A stretch of DNA of 64,000 bases from positions 15,794 to 79,793 of the IMG/VR virus record IMGVR_UViG_3300037069_002825; one strand, written 5' to 3'. The notes under the pieces were generated by a model that saw only the letters and a list, made by a program, of their open reading frames with translations, was not told the origin of the DNA and searched no databases. The translations under genes and the position numbers were made by a program. Shown here in pieces: positions 63,684 to 64,000 of this stretch (positions are counted from its first letter, which is position 1; each line of letters begins with the position of its first letter). The stretch is from a virus.

Positions 63684-64000
63684 GCTACACAGACGCCGAG
63701 ATCGCCACCCAGCTGACGCGGGTGATCTTCACCCGCGAGGACCAGGAGTACGCCAAGGCTCACTCGGCGGCCAACAGGAAGCAGCTCGCGTCCGAAGGCA
63801 AGGCACTCCCCGACGGCAGCTATCCCATCGAAGACGCCAGCGATCTTGGTCCAGCCATCTCGCTGGCGCAGTCCGGCCACGGCAATGTCGCGGCGGCGAA
63901 GGCGCTGATAAAGCGGCGTGCAAAGGCGCTCGGCAAGGCGAACATGCTCCCCGAGGATTGGGCGTCCGTCGACGAAATGCTGCACCTACCGCCGCAGGCC
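63680..64000 (+). CDS. Head maturation/scaffold-associated protein, 5' part (partial)
   Basis: ATGA coupling to portal; ALPDGSYPI...DL..AI...G....AK..IKRRA..LG...LPE.W domain seen in phage head genes. Confidence 0.65.
   Translation, partial: MSYTDAEIATQLTRVIFTREDQEYAKAHSAANRKQLASEGKALPDGSYPIEDASDLGPAISLAQSGHGNVAAAKALIKRRAKALGKANMLPEDWASVDEMLHLPPQA

Larger units (their letters stand above)
1..64000. mobile_element. Tailed dsDNA bacteriophage/prophage genome segment
   Basis: Tail, replication, lysis, terminase and portal modules; dense overlapping start/stop codons; no host housekeeping operons; no att ends seen. Confidence 0.95.

Noticed and set aside
1-64000. Genome-wide TAG recoding suggested by the possible CUA anticodon
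   Set aside because: TAG codons end genes cleanly right before the next gene or operon end (e.g. 6214, 9894, 18821, 19471), and conserved genes are not interrupted by TAG

Overview
The whole window reads as one continuous piece of a high-GC (roughly two-thirds G+C, by eye) tailed dsDNA phage or prophage genome, with no host housekeeping block. The host is probably an actinobacterium; this is inferred from GC content, an Rpf-like protein and apparently leaderless genes. Order: minor tail and receptor-binding genes (1-9.9 kb); recombination and replication (SSAP, RusA-like, PD-(D/E)XK exonuclease, DnaB, sigma factor; 10-19.5 kb); a long leftward operon (tyrosine recombinase, RuvB-like, vWA + MoxR AAA+ module; 19.4-31.8 kb); a hairpin-rich divergent control region, a second sigma-like gene and a ~1 kb non-coding tract (31.8-35.1 kb); a rightward accessory region (35-52 kb); lysis genes; HNH, TerS, an intein-split TerL, a long portal and the start of a head gene. 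The most striking observation is a 163-nt RNA gene at 44332-44494. It sits behind its own sigma-A-type promoter and has every stem of a tRNA cloverleaf at canonical spacing, but its D-loop and T-loop are each expanded to ~52 nt and can pair with each other. It lies in an RNA cluster with an oversized tRNA-Leu-like gene, another structured RNA candidate, a nucleotidyltransferase and RNase H. Other highlights are a linker-joined array of shuffled protein modules (36.4-40.6 kb), two phage sigma-like factors with a candidate late-promoter motif, and two apparent frameshifts. All calls come from motif recognition by eye; no database searches were run.
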